Shown: in pieces, positions 12,801-25,750 of the stretch
Numbering within the stretch: the stretch's first letter is position 1
Layout of the letters: each line of letters begins with the position of its first letter
Origin: Mobula hypostoma
Taxonomy: Eukaryota
Length of the DNA: 64,000 nucleotides
Direction: 5' to 3'
Assembly: GCF_963921235.1 (NCBI RefSeq)
Contig: NC_086108.1
Span: 44,456,001-44,520,000, forward strand
Translations under genes and position numbers: made by a program
Notes under the pieces: model-generated
Databases searched by the model: none
The model's input: the letters and a program-made list of their open reading frames with translations, nothing else
Told to the model about the DNA's origin: nothing

Positions 12801-15734
12801 GCTTATTGACTATTTTGTGTGATTCTGCATCAGAGCTTTTAAGGTAAACTGGTTTCATGAACAATCACTTGCTTTTAGAAAAGCTTTACTGTTTGGTTTA
12901 TGGATTTCTCTATCAATTAAAATTAATTTTCTATATGAATTAAATATATTTTGCGTGGAACCAGCAGTTAGAAATTGCTTTATGTTGTATTTCTGTTTTC
13001 AATGGCAATAAATGAAGAAGAAAGGGCGATGAAGAAGATGGCAATAAATGAAGAAGAAGCTGAAGAGGATGGCATCTAGCTTCACTTGTCCATTGTCAGG
13101 CAGAGAGTACAAAACAAAAAGAGGGTTTTCATTGAATTAGTAATATAAACTGAGAGAATAAACATTTGTTTTCTGAGTGTATTACGAGTCTATCATTCTT
13201 TGGCACAGCTGAAGGCTTTGATAGGTTACCATGTACAGAGAAGAACTGGCACTTAATAATTGCTTCTCCTGCTGGCGTGCCAGTCTAGTTAGCAGGTTTC
13301 TGGCTATGCAGCCAAATCAACATACTGTCGTTTGTACCCAAGTGTCAAGAGACTTGATGAGTAGAGTCCTACAGATAATTTAAGTACTCTTGCTCTAGTC
13401 TCATTTTTTTCTCATCCAAATTACAAACTACATCATTCTCGATTTGCAAAGCTGTACTTTCAGGCAACAGTAATAAATCAATTAATGGCTCCAAATCATT
13501 TAATGGGCTAACACAATAAAATGAAAGCCAACAGCTTGTGTCTCTGCAGTAATATTAGTGGCTGCTTGTTGATTGGAGTAGAGAGTTCAACAGTGCTCGT
13601 TATGTCAATTAGCACAATTAGTACATGATTTGATTGCAGGATTTACACTGCATCTGCTTGAACCCAGCTCTGTTTGCACATTCTGTGAGGCAAAAATGAC
13701 CTTACAATAAATATTGTGCAGCATTGGGCAAATGAGGAGGGGAGGGGAAAGAATTTTACAAATTGTCAAATAATGATGCATTTCCAGATTAATGCCTTTA
13801 CAAATAAGCAAATTTAAAATAAATTTTAACTGACATTTATGTTCATCAAATGCGGGGACAAAGATGGAAGTTTTCTGTATCCTTATCAGTTCATCTCTTT
13901 GCAGTGCTAAGCTACGCCATATCAGATACAATACAAGAAAAAATGAGAATTAAAGCTATGTTTGTTGTATTTTAATACTACTCCATAACAACAACCTCAA
14001 AAAAAAAAGCTCTTTCTCTGCCAATGGTTTCACTTTCAAATGCCTACTTAATCCTTTCCGTTTACAAAGTTGCTAATTTCAAGACTAATTAGTGGATATT
14101 GTGTGTAATTGACTCATGCTTAGGGTTGAAACCACCCCAACTCCTTGGAGTAAAGTCTTCAGTAGATCAGTTTTGATGGCTTTGATCCCTACCCCATTGG
14201 AAAAAACAGATTGGAAGCATACAACCCTTCATCGTTAGGATATTTGCACCGTCATATTTGGAGGCACTTCATTGGTCGGTTGATCATGGATGTTGCTGTT
14301 TGTGATATGCTTGCCAGTATGCAAGCCATGGCAGTTCGATGTGGAGAGCAAGCTGTTGCAACAAGTCATATTCCATTTTGTAATAACATTTGTATGTTGC
14401 ACGGAAACTCATGAAGTGCAAAATATATATTTTTTCTGGTACCTATCTTGCGCTGCCAGTATATTATAGGGCTCCTTCAAGGGCATAATGGTAATAAGTG
14501 AGCAATACTTGTTTCTTGTACATAATAATTTTTCACTGAGGAAAAATGGGACAGCAATGCCAATAGCTTATTTAATGCGAGAGGCTGAAGAAATGAGATT
14601 AAATTTATGTGAAATACAGGGTCAAGAAATTCAGTGTTCAGAATCCCTATCATTCTGGTCAAGATGGCATCGAGCTGCGCTCTACGTCGAGGTTGTGGCT
14701 CAGAATTAGGTATTTTAAGTTTGTAGGGAATGTTTTGGGGGCAGAGAGGGGAGTTAGAGGTTAGGTTAGCGTTCAGGGACAGGGATGTGGAGGAGTTAGA
14801 CAGAGTCTAGGCCTCTGCCCTGTGCTCCGCATGTGAAGGCCAGTGATGTGGGCGAGTGTTGAGGGACATTTGGAGTCTAGGCCTCTAAGGCCAGCAACCT
14901 GGACGAAGGTGGTCAGTGGATGTGGGGATGGAAAGCGCTGTGATGAAGACTAATGAGGATGACTAGGTCAGCTAGTCCCCCAGGTCAGTAGGTCCTGGGA
15001 TCGAATGTACGTGCGATCAAGGGGCATGAGAGCTGGTGACTCCCCCTAGATATACAGGTTGGTAAGTCCAGAGTTCGAAGCCTGGAGTTCAGTATTCTGT
15101 TATTGACTGAGGTTGATACTAAAGATCAAAGCCCGATTGCCGAAACCCTGAAGTCCACTGGGAAAATCAGATGCCCATTGTCTATGCGCTGATTGGAGGA
15201 CTGTCCAATGTGGGTGGGATGGAGGAAAGGAGCGAGTTTTGCTGCTGTTTTTTTTTGCTTGTCATGCTTTGTGTTGTGCTGAGCATTGTGGGTATGTTGT
15301 GTTGGCCCCAGAATGTGTAGCGACACTTGCTGCCTCAGCACAAATGACTCATTTTACTGTCGTTTTAGATGTACGTGTGATAAATGAACAAATCTGAATC
15401 ATTCCCTTGTTTTATTGATTTGCATCATTTTGCATTATGCTATAAAAAGATTTTGAGAAATATTCACCATTTCATACAATACATATGAATTTAAAGATTC
15501 TGTGTAGAAGTTGTCGCTTTACTATGGCCTAGTCTAAAGTCATTGCATGCATTTTGTGCTACACTCTCCTGATACAGCCTTCAACTCTGTTTCTTTAAGT
15601 TCAAGTGGTGCAGATGTCTGGATTAGGCAAACATCTGTTTTGGTTGTTTGCAATTAGATCTGACTTTACCATGTACAGCACAACCGTGCCCTGCTTTTGT
15701 CTGCCACAACAGCTAGTTATTCCAGACAAGGTGA

Positions 15735-15832
15735 TCTCTGATGCAGGGTTTTGACCTGAAATGTAAACAATTTATTTCCTCTCACAGATGCTGCATGACC
15801 CACTGAGTTACTCCAGCAGTTTGTTTGTTGCT
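15735..15832 (+). mobile_element. Degenerate Penelope-like 3' terminus
   Basis: CTGATGC-AGGGTTTTGACCT-GAAA-TGTA...cagatgctgcatgacccactgagttactccagca. Confidence 0.65.
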
Positions 15833-15889
15833 AATTATTCCATATGTGTGCCATCACTAAGATTGGTTATTTACACTTGAAAAACATAG

Positions 15890-16415
15890 CCAGCCCTGCA
15901 ACTGTCAGCTTCACTACTGCTAAACCCTAATCCATGTTTGTCATTACCAGACTTGACTATTCTGTTGTTTTCCCAGCTAGCCTCCTTCATTCCCTCCTTT
16001 GTAAACTTGAGATATTCCAAACCCTAACTTATCTTTGTGCTTGCTGACCAGTATTTCTCGCTTATGCGGTTCTTTCAAAATTCTCACTTTTATTTCAAAT
16101 CCCTCCAGGGCCTTGCATTCCATATCTCCGTGACCATCTCCAGCCCTGTGATCCTCAAATGTAAGTCTATTTCTTGACTCTTAATCCACTTCAAATTTAT
16201 GCATAATTGGAAGCTGTTCTTCAGCATGGAATTTGCTCCCTAAATCTTTGTCCCTCTAGCATTCTCTAATACCCCTGAAATCAGTGTCTATTTGATTCCC
16301 TATGTCTTGCACATTTTGAGCTTTTGGCTCTTCTGATACTTATGAAATTTTATTCAGTGACACTTCTGTAAAGTTGAGGTACTGGAGGTGCTAAAATATA
16401 ATTTATTGCTTTTGC
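15890..16415 (+). mobile_element. Old L2 LINE 3' fragment
   Basis: accctaatccatg..accagacttgactattct resembles L2 TLIHAF-TSRLDY; ttcaaaattctcac..ttcaaatccctcca resembles FKIL-L-FKSL. Confidence 0.6.
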
Positions 16416-17405
16416 TGGTGTTCAGGAACACATTGGGCAAGCTTCCCTCCTGGTTCTTGAACCAAGTCCTATGCAAGTAGCCACATGGTTCCTAACCAGA
16501 AAACTGAGCTATCACATTTGCTCCCATTCTTTATCCTCTTCGGTATACCAGAGCCAGTGATTGGGAAATGTATAATGAAAACAGAAGAGGCTCAACATAA
16601 ATGTTTTTGTAGTCAGTTTGCCACCCAACCAAGAGGTAACCCAAGGTTGGAAAATAGGAAATTGGTTTGTAGTTGTACATAATAGGCTGGAAGAGAAACA
16701 CATTGAAATAGGGAAAACTTCCACAATGGGAGTAAACCTCTTAGTCCTTCCACTCAGTTGTTGATGTGCAGTCATCTTTTACACATAATAATTCTAAAGT
16801 CGGGCTCCTCTGGATGGCTAATGCCCTCTCCTGGGATCAAATCATTAATGGGATTTACGTTTGAATGGAAGCAATTTTAAAAGTTTGATATAAGAGTTTT
16901 TTGGAATGAGTGAATGATCTTAATGGCATTGATTAGTAAAACGTGTGGTGTTTCCTTTGAATGGCCTCCTGTGTCATAAATTTTTTTGTGCTTCTATTGG
17001 TGAGAGGCCTCATTGTTGAGGGGCAGAAATCCACAGACATGGTTTGTCAATGTCTGTCTTGCCTATTACAAAGAGAAGAGATTAAAGTTTATATTAATTG
17101 AAGTCGGGCACGGGAATATTTTTGATCATGGCCACAGGTTTACTATTTCCAATGGAAAAAATAGTTCTGTTGATACACAGAGACCAAATCTGCAGTAATA
17201 TTAGTTTGTTACTCACTTGTTTACCTTATAGCAGTGGTTTTAATTCAAATTTTCTCATAGACCCAGTAAACATTTAAAATTCTTTATTAAAGATTGGATA
17301 TGTGGGCATGATGTCTGGTAGGTAGATGTATAATTCCTGGATAATAGATGCTACTTATTAGCTGAATGGCTACAGTCCTGTGCTATCAGTTGGACACCTT
17401 CCTAA

Positions 17406-17540
17406 ACAAGAGAAAATCTGCAGATGCTGGAAATGCAGGCAACACACACAAAATGATGGAGGAACTCAGCAGGCCAGGCAGCGTCAGTGGAAAGGAGTAC
17501 AGATGATGGTTCGGCCCGAAACTCTTCGGCAGGACTGAAC
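17406..17540 (-). mobile_element. Short Penelope-like 3' terminus with 11-bp flanking duplication
   Basis: CACCTTCCTAA at 17395-17405 and 17551-17561; degenerate hammerhead at about 17500-17537. Confidence 0.85.
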
Positions 17541-18422
17541 TGAGTAATTTCACCTTCCTAAGAAGTAAATTTCATATGATGTTTTTATGTTTATCTCAAA
17601 GAAGATTAGGAATGGGAATTGTATATATAAGTTTGTCACTTACAAATCCAATAGAGAATTTTTGAGACTGTTTACCCAAAGTTGTCAAACACTACAAGCT
17701 GAGGTCACTGCACACCATCGATGTAATTTGGTGGAAGTAAGTTAAATACGCAAAGAAGCAAGGAATGAAGGGGTGTGTTGAGTGACTTATCCCAACACTT
17801 GTACTATGGGCAATGTTCTGTTTACTAAATGCAATGTCCTAGAGTCTATAGTCAGCTCATGTTTGTTACTAATCTCAAAACTAAGTCTGTTCTTGCTTAG
17901 AATCTTTGACAGTAGGAACTTAGAGTTGTAAGCCAGCCAAGTCCTCAGTGACAAGATTCTGTATGTTGCAACATAATACCGTATTGGGTGGGGGCAGATC
18001 AAGCCAATCCAGCAGACCCAGCTGGCTAAACCATGGCTCCCAAGTTTAGCTGGAGCTATGACATGGGCTTAATATGTGAATGTCTCAGCTGTTCAGAGAC
18101 ATTGGATAAATAATACTTAAAGATACTTGAATACTTTAAAATGAAAATGTTAAAGAAAATGCAGTTATAGATGCTTGCTTATTTTAATTCCTGTGGATTT
18201 CCTATTTAGTATAAGGGTATTCTCACACCCCCTGCTGTGCTTCCATACTTAACTGCACCAATCCATTTGGATTGTTTCAGGGATTCACAAATTAAAATCC
18301 TTGTGTGAACATCTTGTGTTTTCCAGAGTTACAATGGAAAACAGCATTTATGTGGTTAAGTGTTATGTACAAAACCTAGCCCTCTGTAATAGTATGTAAC
18401 ACCATAATCTATTAAGTCCAGA

Positions 18423-19851
18423 GTGTCCTGCCTCAACGACTACCGTCCCGTCACACTCCCATCCATCATCATGAAGTGTTTCGAGAGGCTCGTCATGAGG
18501 CACATCAAGACCCTGCTGCCCCCCTCACTGGACCCCCTGCAGTTCGCGTACCGCCCCAACCGTTCAACAGACGATGCCATTGCCATCACCCTCCACCTGG
18601 CCCTAACCCACCTGGACCAAAAAGACACGTACGTTCGAATGCTGTTCATAGACTTCAGTTCAGCATTCAACACAATCATTCCTCAGAGACTGATTGGAAA
18701 GCTGAGCCTATTGGGCCCGAACACCTCCCTCTGCAACTGGATCCTAGACTTCCTGACTGGGAGACCTCAGTCAGTCCGGATTGGAAGCAGCATCTCCAAC
18801 ACCATCACACTGAGCACGGGTGCCCCCCAAGTCTGTGTGCTCAGTCCACTGCTGTTCACTCTGCTGACCCACGACTGTGTTGCAACACACAGCTCGAACC
18901 ACATCATCAAGTTCGCAGATGACACGACCGTGGTGGGTCTCATCAGCAAGAACGATGAGTCAGCATACAGAGAGGAGGTGCAGCGGCTAACGGACTGGTG
19001 CAGAGCCAACAACCTGTCTCTGAATGTGAACAAAACAAAAGAGATGGTTGTTGACTTCAGGAGGACATGGAATGATCACTCTCCGCTGAACATCGACGAC
19101 TCCTCCGTAGAGATCGTTACGAGCACCAAATTTCTTGGTGTTCACCTGGCGGAGAATCTCACCTGGTTCCTCAACACCAGCTCCATAGCAAAGAAAGCCC
19201 AGCAGCGTCTCTACCTTCTGCGAAGGCAGAGAGAAGTCCATCTCCCACCCACCATCCTCACCACATTCTACAGAGGTTGTATTGAGAGCATCCTGAGCAG
19301 CTGCATCACTGCCTGGTTTGGAAATTGCACCATCTTGGACCCTGCAGCGGATAGTGAGGTCAGCTGAGAAGATCATCGAGGTCTCTCTTCCCGCTATTAC
19401 AGACATCTACACCACACGCTGCATCCGTAAAGCAAACAGCATTATGAAGGACCCCACGCACCCCTCATACAAACTCTTCTCCCTCCTGCCATCTGGCAAA
19501 AGGCACCGAAGCATTCGGGCTGTCACGACCAGACTATGTAACAGTTTCTTCCCCCAAGCCATCAGACTCCTCAATACCCAGAGCCTGGACTGACACCAAC
19601 CTACTGCCCTCTACTGTGCATATTGTCTTGTTTATTATTTATTGTTATTTATTGCAGTGCCTGCACTGTTTTGTGCACTTTATGCAGTCCTGGGTAGGTC
19701 TGTAGTCTGGTGTAGTTTTGTGTTGTTTTACGTAGTTCAGCATAGCTTTTGTATTGTTTCATGTAGCACCATGGTCCTGAAAAATGTTGTCTCATTTTTA
19801 CTGTGTACTGTACCAGCAGTTATGGTTGAAATGACAATAAAAAGTGACTTG
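18423..19851 (+). mobile_element. 5'-truncated Rex/Babar (Rex1-like) LINE with 314-aa open RT frame
   Basis: [70 protein letters not shown]; one frameshift near 19340; tail ACAATAAAAAGTGACTTG. Confidence 0.95.
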
Positions 19852-21131
19852 AATATTCAGCATTTGTGTCATATCAGCATTAGATCACTGGGAAGGAAGG
19901 TTCAGAAGAGAGTTATGCACGTGCTTTCTAACTAGAGGAAGGTTTGAAAACAAAAAATATAAATATTTCTAAATATTTCAGGTTTTATGTATCTTTTGGC
20001 TCATCATAAGTGTGCTCCATATTCTTTTGAGGTAACAAAATGTGGGAGACAACAGCATTAATTTTGCTCAGTTAGTGATTGGAATACTAATTATTTTTCT
20101 GGTGCCTGCTGTAAATCCAGGGAGTATTTTAAATTACTATCTGGTGATGCCTTCTGGAACCTAGTTTTGCATATTAGTTAGGGACTATAATCTGTTGTCT
20201 TGACAAAACATTTTGTGGAGTAGTTTGATTTGCAACATTTGATTCACGAGTATTAGCTATAATACTGTTGTCTACTTGCAACTATTTTTCACTGGAGAGA
20301 ACAGCCTGCCACACTTGGTGTATGGGAGTACATTGTACCAAGATTTGCATCCAGCATTTTCGATTTATATAATTTCACATAATGAAACTCTTTCCTTCTG
20401 AAATGGCTGTATTGGCCAACCGCAAAGCGTATATCATCTGGTCGTTGATCAGGATGTGAAGCTCCTAGGAGAAAAGAGAAATTTGGCAAATAATGCCAAT
20501 TCTAAGTGAGGTTGTGTGGAGTATTGGGGCTCAATGAATTGAATTCATTGTTGATGAGAAATGATTTTCTGCTGTGGCGAGAGTGCTGTTTAAGCGAAGT
20601 GTGGACATCTCATCCTGATACTGTTAAAGCAGAGCAATGCTCCTGCTTTCCTTAAGGGGTCAGTTTCAGCTTTCACAACCAATTTACACGCCAGATGTTT
20701 ATCGGTTTAAAGGCAAAACAACTGCATGGTTCTACTAAATTGGTAATGAATATGGTAAGCTGCGTTGCCTCTGTTCTTTGACACATGTGAACTGTTAAAC
20801 GGGCAGATGTTCGGGGATCACCAGCAAAAACATTTGCTTGCAGTGAATTGACCATAGAAATGTCTAATGTAGTCTAATCCAAAGATGCGTTTTGTGAGTC
20901 TGATTTGCACATAATGTTTTTTGTGAAGATGTGGTTCCTTTGGTGCAATCTGAACTTTGAGTTCTGGTGAGAGTGAGAGCATTCTTGCCTATTCATCCCT
21001 CACTGTGCTTTCAATTATGTCTACTCATTTATCAAAGAAACATTGCTCTAAAGTTTGTTGTTGTTTACATTCGATGCAGAATCTGCACTGACAGTTTATG
21101 CAGCATCTAAATAGGTTCTGTATATTACTCA

Positions 21132-21260
21132 GTCACAAGAGACTGCAGATGGTGGAATCAGAGCTGAAAATGAGCTGCTTGGAGGATTTCAGTGGACCAG
21201 GCAGCAACTGTGGAGGGAAATGGACAATTGATGTTCAGGGTTGAGACCTTCATCTGTGAT
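21132..21260 (-). mobile_element. Degenerate Penelope-like 3' terminus
   Basis: gactgcagatggtggaatc...gaccaggcagcaactgtggagggaaatggacaattgatgttcagggttgagaccttcatc. Confidence 0.65.
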
Positions 21261-21269
21261 CCTGTAGGC

Positions 21270-21640
21270 GGTCTTTCAGGATCAAGGATTACTTCTACTC
21301 TAATATTTGGGTTGTGAGTTGAGTCTTGAAGCTTACGTGGGACTTGAGACTGCTCTGTAGATTAGAGGTACCTTACGGGATTGGTAGGCAGGTGGCGCTT
21401 CCACCATTCACAGTACATATTTTCCTGTGTGCTCCTGATGCAAGCACCTGAGACTCGTGATGCCACCCTGAATCCTGCTATTCCACATCGTGTGCCCAAA
21501 GGCCAGGGATTCCAAGGAGTCATCAGCAATGTAAGGACAACATACCTGATCTTTTCCTTCTGTCCACCTGCTGTTATTTCCATAAACTTGGATGTTGCTG
21601 GAAGTTGAGTTTGGGACTTCGTCAAGCAGCTTGCCAGCTC
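21270..21640 (-). mobile_element. Probable RTE-clade LINE 3' fragment
   Basis: Reverse complement reads DSLESLAFGHTMW..I.GG, resembling the RTE ORF C-terminus (WE-LA-DR--WR). Confidence 0.4.
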
Positions 21641-22574
21641 AGCTTATCTGTCTTCACTCAAGAAGAATGGTTGCTTGGAAAGTCCAGAAAGAAATCAAGA
21701 TCAGCAAGACCTGCACTGCACAGTTGTTGGCTTCTGTGATTATTAATCACTTTACCCTTTCAATACCTTATTGATTGTTATATATTTGTCAAAACCAAGT
21801 CTCTTATGCTGAGGATTATGCGTCAGCAAGCAGTATAGAATATTGAAAGACACCTTACTTTTCAATTTAAATTTTGCTAATTTGGTGCTAATTTTGATTT
21901 TACTAATAAAAATTAGTACCAAGACATCTAAGAAGCACCTGACTGCATTGCCTTGTAGTTGGTTGAGTAAAGTTGAATATCATTGGGTTGTCAGAGGTTA
22001 GAGTGAATTGAACTATTTGGTCCGAGAACTAATTTTATCAAATGCTAACAAATAACCTGAATTTTCTGCTCCAGGACATTCACAGATTTAGAGATGTGTA
22101 CCAATTATTTAAATATGCAAGAACATGTATATATTATTAAAAAATTCTTAATTTATTAATTTGTGTAAGATGCTATGTCTATTTGCGTTTGGCACTTTTT
22201 TAGGAAAATGTAACAGGTTGAGAAGTTTTTAATTAGTTGAGTTGTGCTGATGTTGACTTTCGCCTTTAGGTGATAAACAATGAAAGCAAAAAAAAAGTAG
22301 CTTAAAGTTTTCAGTTGTACCAAGGTACAACACAGAAACAAACCTGTGTGACCCACGACCAGGGAGCATATATAAGCATCATGATAGGCACCAATCATGA
22401 TGCCTGTATACGCCAATCCCATTTTCAAAGTTGCTCATCCTAATTTTGATTGACCTGCTGTTCAGCCAAAAAGATTTTTGAAAAGGATTTCAAAGTTGTA
22501 TCTTTATGTTGTCATTTATTCCTGCAGCAACAATGGACTGCATACAACTTGTAAATTAATAATATTTCTGTGAA

Positions 22575-22900
22575 TGGCATAGCAGTAGAGTGGCATGTAA
22601 GTGGTGTACCCGGTTCAATTCTGGTTTTTGGTGCCACCTGTATGGAATTCTCATGTTCTCCCCATGACTGTGTTTTCTCTGTATTCTGGTTTTCTTCCCC
22701 ACTCTAAAGAAGTGCAGGTAAATAAGTTAATTGGCCGCTGTGAACTGCCCCTAATGTATCAACGAGTGATAGAATCTGGGGGAAATTGATGGGAATGTGG
22801 AATAAAATGGGGTAGGAAAGGAATTGTGTTTTAAAAACAAAGGGTATTTGTTAGCACAGACTTGGAGGGTCAAAGAGCCTACTTTCATGCCCCATTTCTC
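22575..22900 (+). mobile_element. tRNA-derived V-SINE-like element
   Basis: B-box-like GGTTCAATTC, then the V-domain-like catgttctccccatgactg..tctggttttcttccccactctaaaga..ttaattggccgctgtgaactgcccc. Confidence 0.7.
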
Positions 22901-23039
22901 TACAACACTGATTCTTATTTACATGTCATGTTAATATTTAATGGTGAGTGTATGCGGCCTCTGTCTTGTTCTTTGGCACTAATGGGTGCCTGTCAGGAAT
23001 GATCCTATTATCCTTTTGTATCCCTTTGTATCCCTTACA

Positions 23040-23320
23040 AAGTTTAAATTAAATTCATTATCAAAGTGCATGTATGTCACCGTATACTACCCTGAGATTC
23101 ATTTTCTTGTGGACATTCGCAGTAAATACAAAGAAACACAATAGAATAAATGAAAAACTTCACACAAAGTGGACAAACAACTAATGTGCAAATGACAACA
23201 GATTGCAAAAATAAAAGTAAAAAAGCACAAACTAAAGTAATAAATGAGCAATAAATATCAGACATGAGATGAAGAGTTCTTGAAAGTGAGTCCATGGTTT
23301 GTGGTTTTAAGAGCTCCAGT
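23040..23320 (-). mobile_element. Rex/Babar-type 3' UTR fragment
   Basis: Reverse complement of the same 3' UTR seen at 3000-3254 and 28130-28350. Confidence 0.75.
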
Positions 23321-24659
23321 ATTATTGAGACATTGCCAGCCAACAGCACCACTTTATCATGTGAGTGAGGTCCAACCAGGTGGAGAATGGCTTCTGTTTA
23401 TTCTTTTAAAAAGTTATTTCATGAGTAAGTGCCATGCAGTGATTTGTTTTCAAATTCTGTCTGTGGAAAAGGAAAGCCTGTATTAAGATTTGGTTGTTCT
23501 GCAAAAGGTAAAGGGGAAGAAAAGAGTGGAAGATTCTGTATTGTTAACAACTGAAGTGTTTTTTAAAAAATGTATTTCTTAAACTTAATGCACTTAGATC
23601 AAAATCTATCAAAATATATCCAAAACAAAATTTCACCTTTCTGTAGATAACCTTTTGAACTTCATGAGCTTTATTCCTGACCATTAGAGCCCACTACTTC
23701 CAAAGTGCTGTTAAATGGGACGTTGTAAGATTTTGACTTTGTGATTATGAAAGAACATTGATAATGATGTATGTTGTTTAGAAGGTAGCTTGGAGGTGAT
23801 CCAGTTGATGACTTTGTCCTTCGAAATGATGGAGCTTTTCAGGGTGCTACTGTCAAAGAAACCTGGGTGAGTTTTAGCAGTGGATTCTGCAGTGAACATG
23901 CAGTATAGTTATGCTGCACTGTGGTGGAGCAAGGGAGATGCGTAAGGTGATGGGATGAGCTACCAAATGGACTGCTTTATCCTAAGGATCATTTCTGGGT
24001 ATTATCATCATTTCTGTTGCCTATATTAAAAGTAATATTTTAATATCACCATTGGTATCATCATATGGTCTGAGTTCCAGGATTTGCTCAAAAATATTGA
24101 TGAGTCCTCACCAAGGCAGTGTTGCTGTAGGAATTAAGGATGCCGTGCTCTTTGCCCTCTACAATTTTTGCTCTATGGTTTTATCATATTCCCCTCAGGC
24201 AAATTTGAAAAGCTTCTGTTGTATTTGAGAGATGCACTAACCGAACTTAGGTTAGGATTTAAAATGAATTGCTTGGGGCGCATTTATAATTTGGATCTAG
24301 TCAATTTCTACATTCAAACTATGTACGCATTATTCCTTAATATGAATTACAATTCTCCAGCTGAGCTCTGCAAATGGGAAGCTTCAGCTTATAAAATCTC
24401 AAGGCTTGGGGAAAGAAAAACAGCTGATCTGGTGACTAGGATTTTGCGAGCTGAGCACTTCCTGTAATTGAGTACATGAACGGAATGCAGAAATTGAGTA
24501 TGTCCCAATTATAAATGCACCCTAAAAAAATTACCTCTGTTTGAGAATGGGTTTGGATTTGGAGTTGGTGTAGCTATCTGGACAAGGGAAGGAGCTGGTT
24601 TTGGTTCTGTCAGTCTGTAAAGAAATTTGTCTTGCCCATTTCACTAAATCTGATAGGAG

Positions 24660-25750
24660 TAGGATCTGAACAGTAAATGATGGGGTGCGAAGGGTGATGA
24701 ACAGATGGACTTTGGGATTTAAGTCTATAGTTCATTGAAAGTGGCAATGCCAGTAGGATTGGGTAATGAAAGAATATGGCGTGCTTGCCTTCATAGGGTG
24801 GGGCTTAGAAAATAACAATTGGGCCATTGTGTTGCAACTGAATAAAACAATTATTAGATTTTTCTTGGAGTATTGTGTACATTCCTCACTATAGGAAGGC
24901 TGTGGTTGAGCTGGGGAGTGTGTGCAGAGGAGGTTCGCTAGGATATTGCCTGGAGTGGAGAACTTCAGTTAAGGGGAGAGATTGGATTGAACAGGCTGGG
25001 GTTATTCTTCTGGAGCACTGGAGACTTGGGATGATGTGATAGAGGTGTATAGAATGATCAGAGGTGTAAATAGTCTTTATCCCATGGTAAGGTCATCATA
25101 AGCAAGTCCCATAGATCCCACATAGTTGCTACATAACTTGATAGGGTGGTTGAAAAGGCCTATGGTGTATTGGCTTTCATGAGTAGGGGGATTGAGTTGA
25201 AGAGCTGTGAGGTGGTGTTGCTGCACTGTAAAACTCTGATTAGACCGTACTTGGTGTATTGTGCTCAGTTCTTGTCTCCTCATTATAGGAACCACGTGGA
25301 AGCTTTAGAGAGAATGCAGAGAAGGTTTATCAGGATGCTATGTGGAAAGGTTATGTGAGTCAGGACTTTTGTCTTTGGAGTGAAGGAGATGGGGGTATTT
25401 TGTTAGAGGTGTATAAGGTTATGAAAGGCATAGACAACGAGTGCCTTTTTCCCAGGGTGGCAATGGCCAATATCAGAGGACATAATTTTAAGGTGATTGG
25501 AAGAAATTGTAGGGGAGGTGTCAGAGATAGTATTTTACACGGCGGTAGGTCCCTGGAGCCTACTTCCAAGGGTGGTAGCAGAGGCTAATACAATAGAGAC
25601 ATCAAAACGACTCTTAAATAAGCACATGGAAGTTGGGAAAATGGAAGCTATGTTAGAGGGAAAGGTTAGCTTGATAGTGGAGCAGTTTTTTTAAAGGTTG
25701 GCACAACGTTGAGGGCTGAAGGACCCATGTTCTACTGTTCTGTGTTCCAA
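24660..25750 (+). mobile_element. Two adjacent CR1 LINE 3' fragments (about 24660-25085 and 25110-25750)
   Basis: KAYGVLAFMSRGIELKS..KTLIRPYLVYCAQFLSPHYR..LERMQRRF; RGHNFKV. Confidence 0.85.

Noticed and set aside
14170..14370. Possible RTE-related or SINE fragment
   Set aside because: Looks repeat-like, but I cannot support a family assignment.
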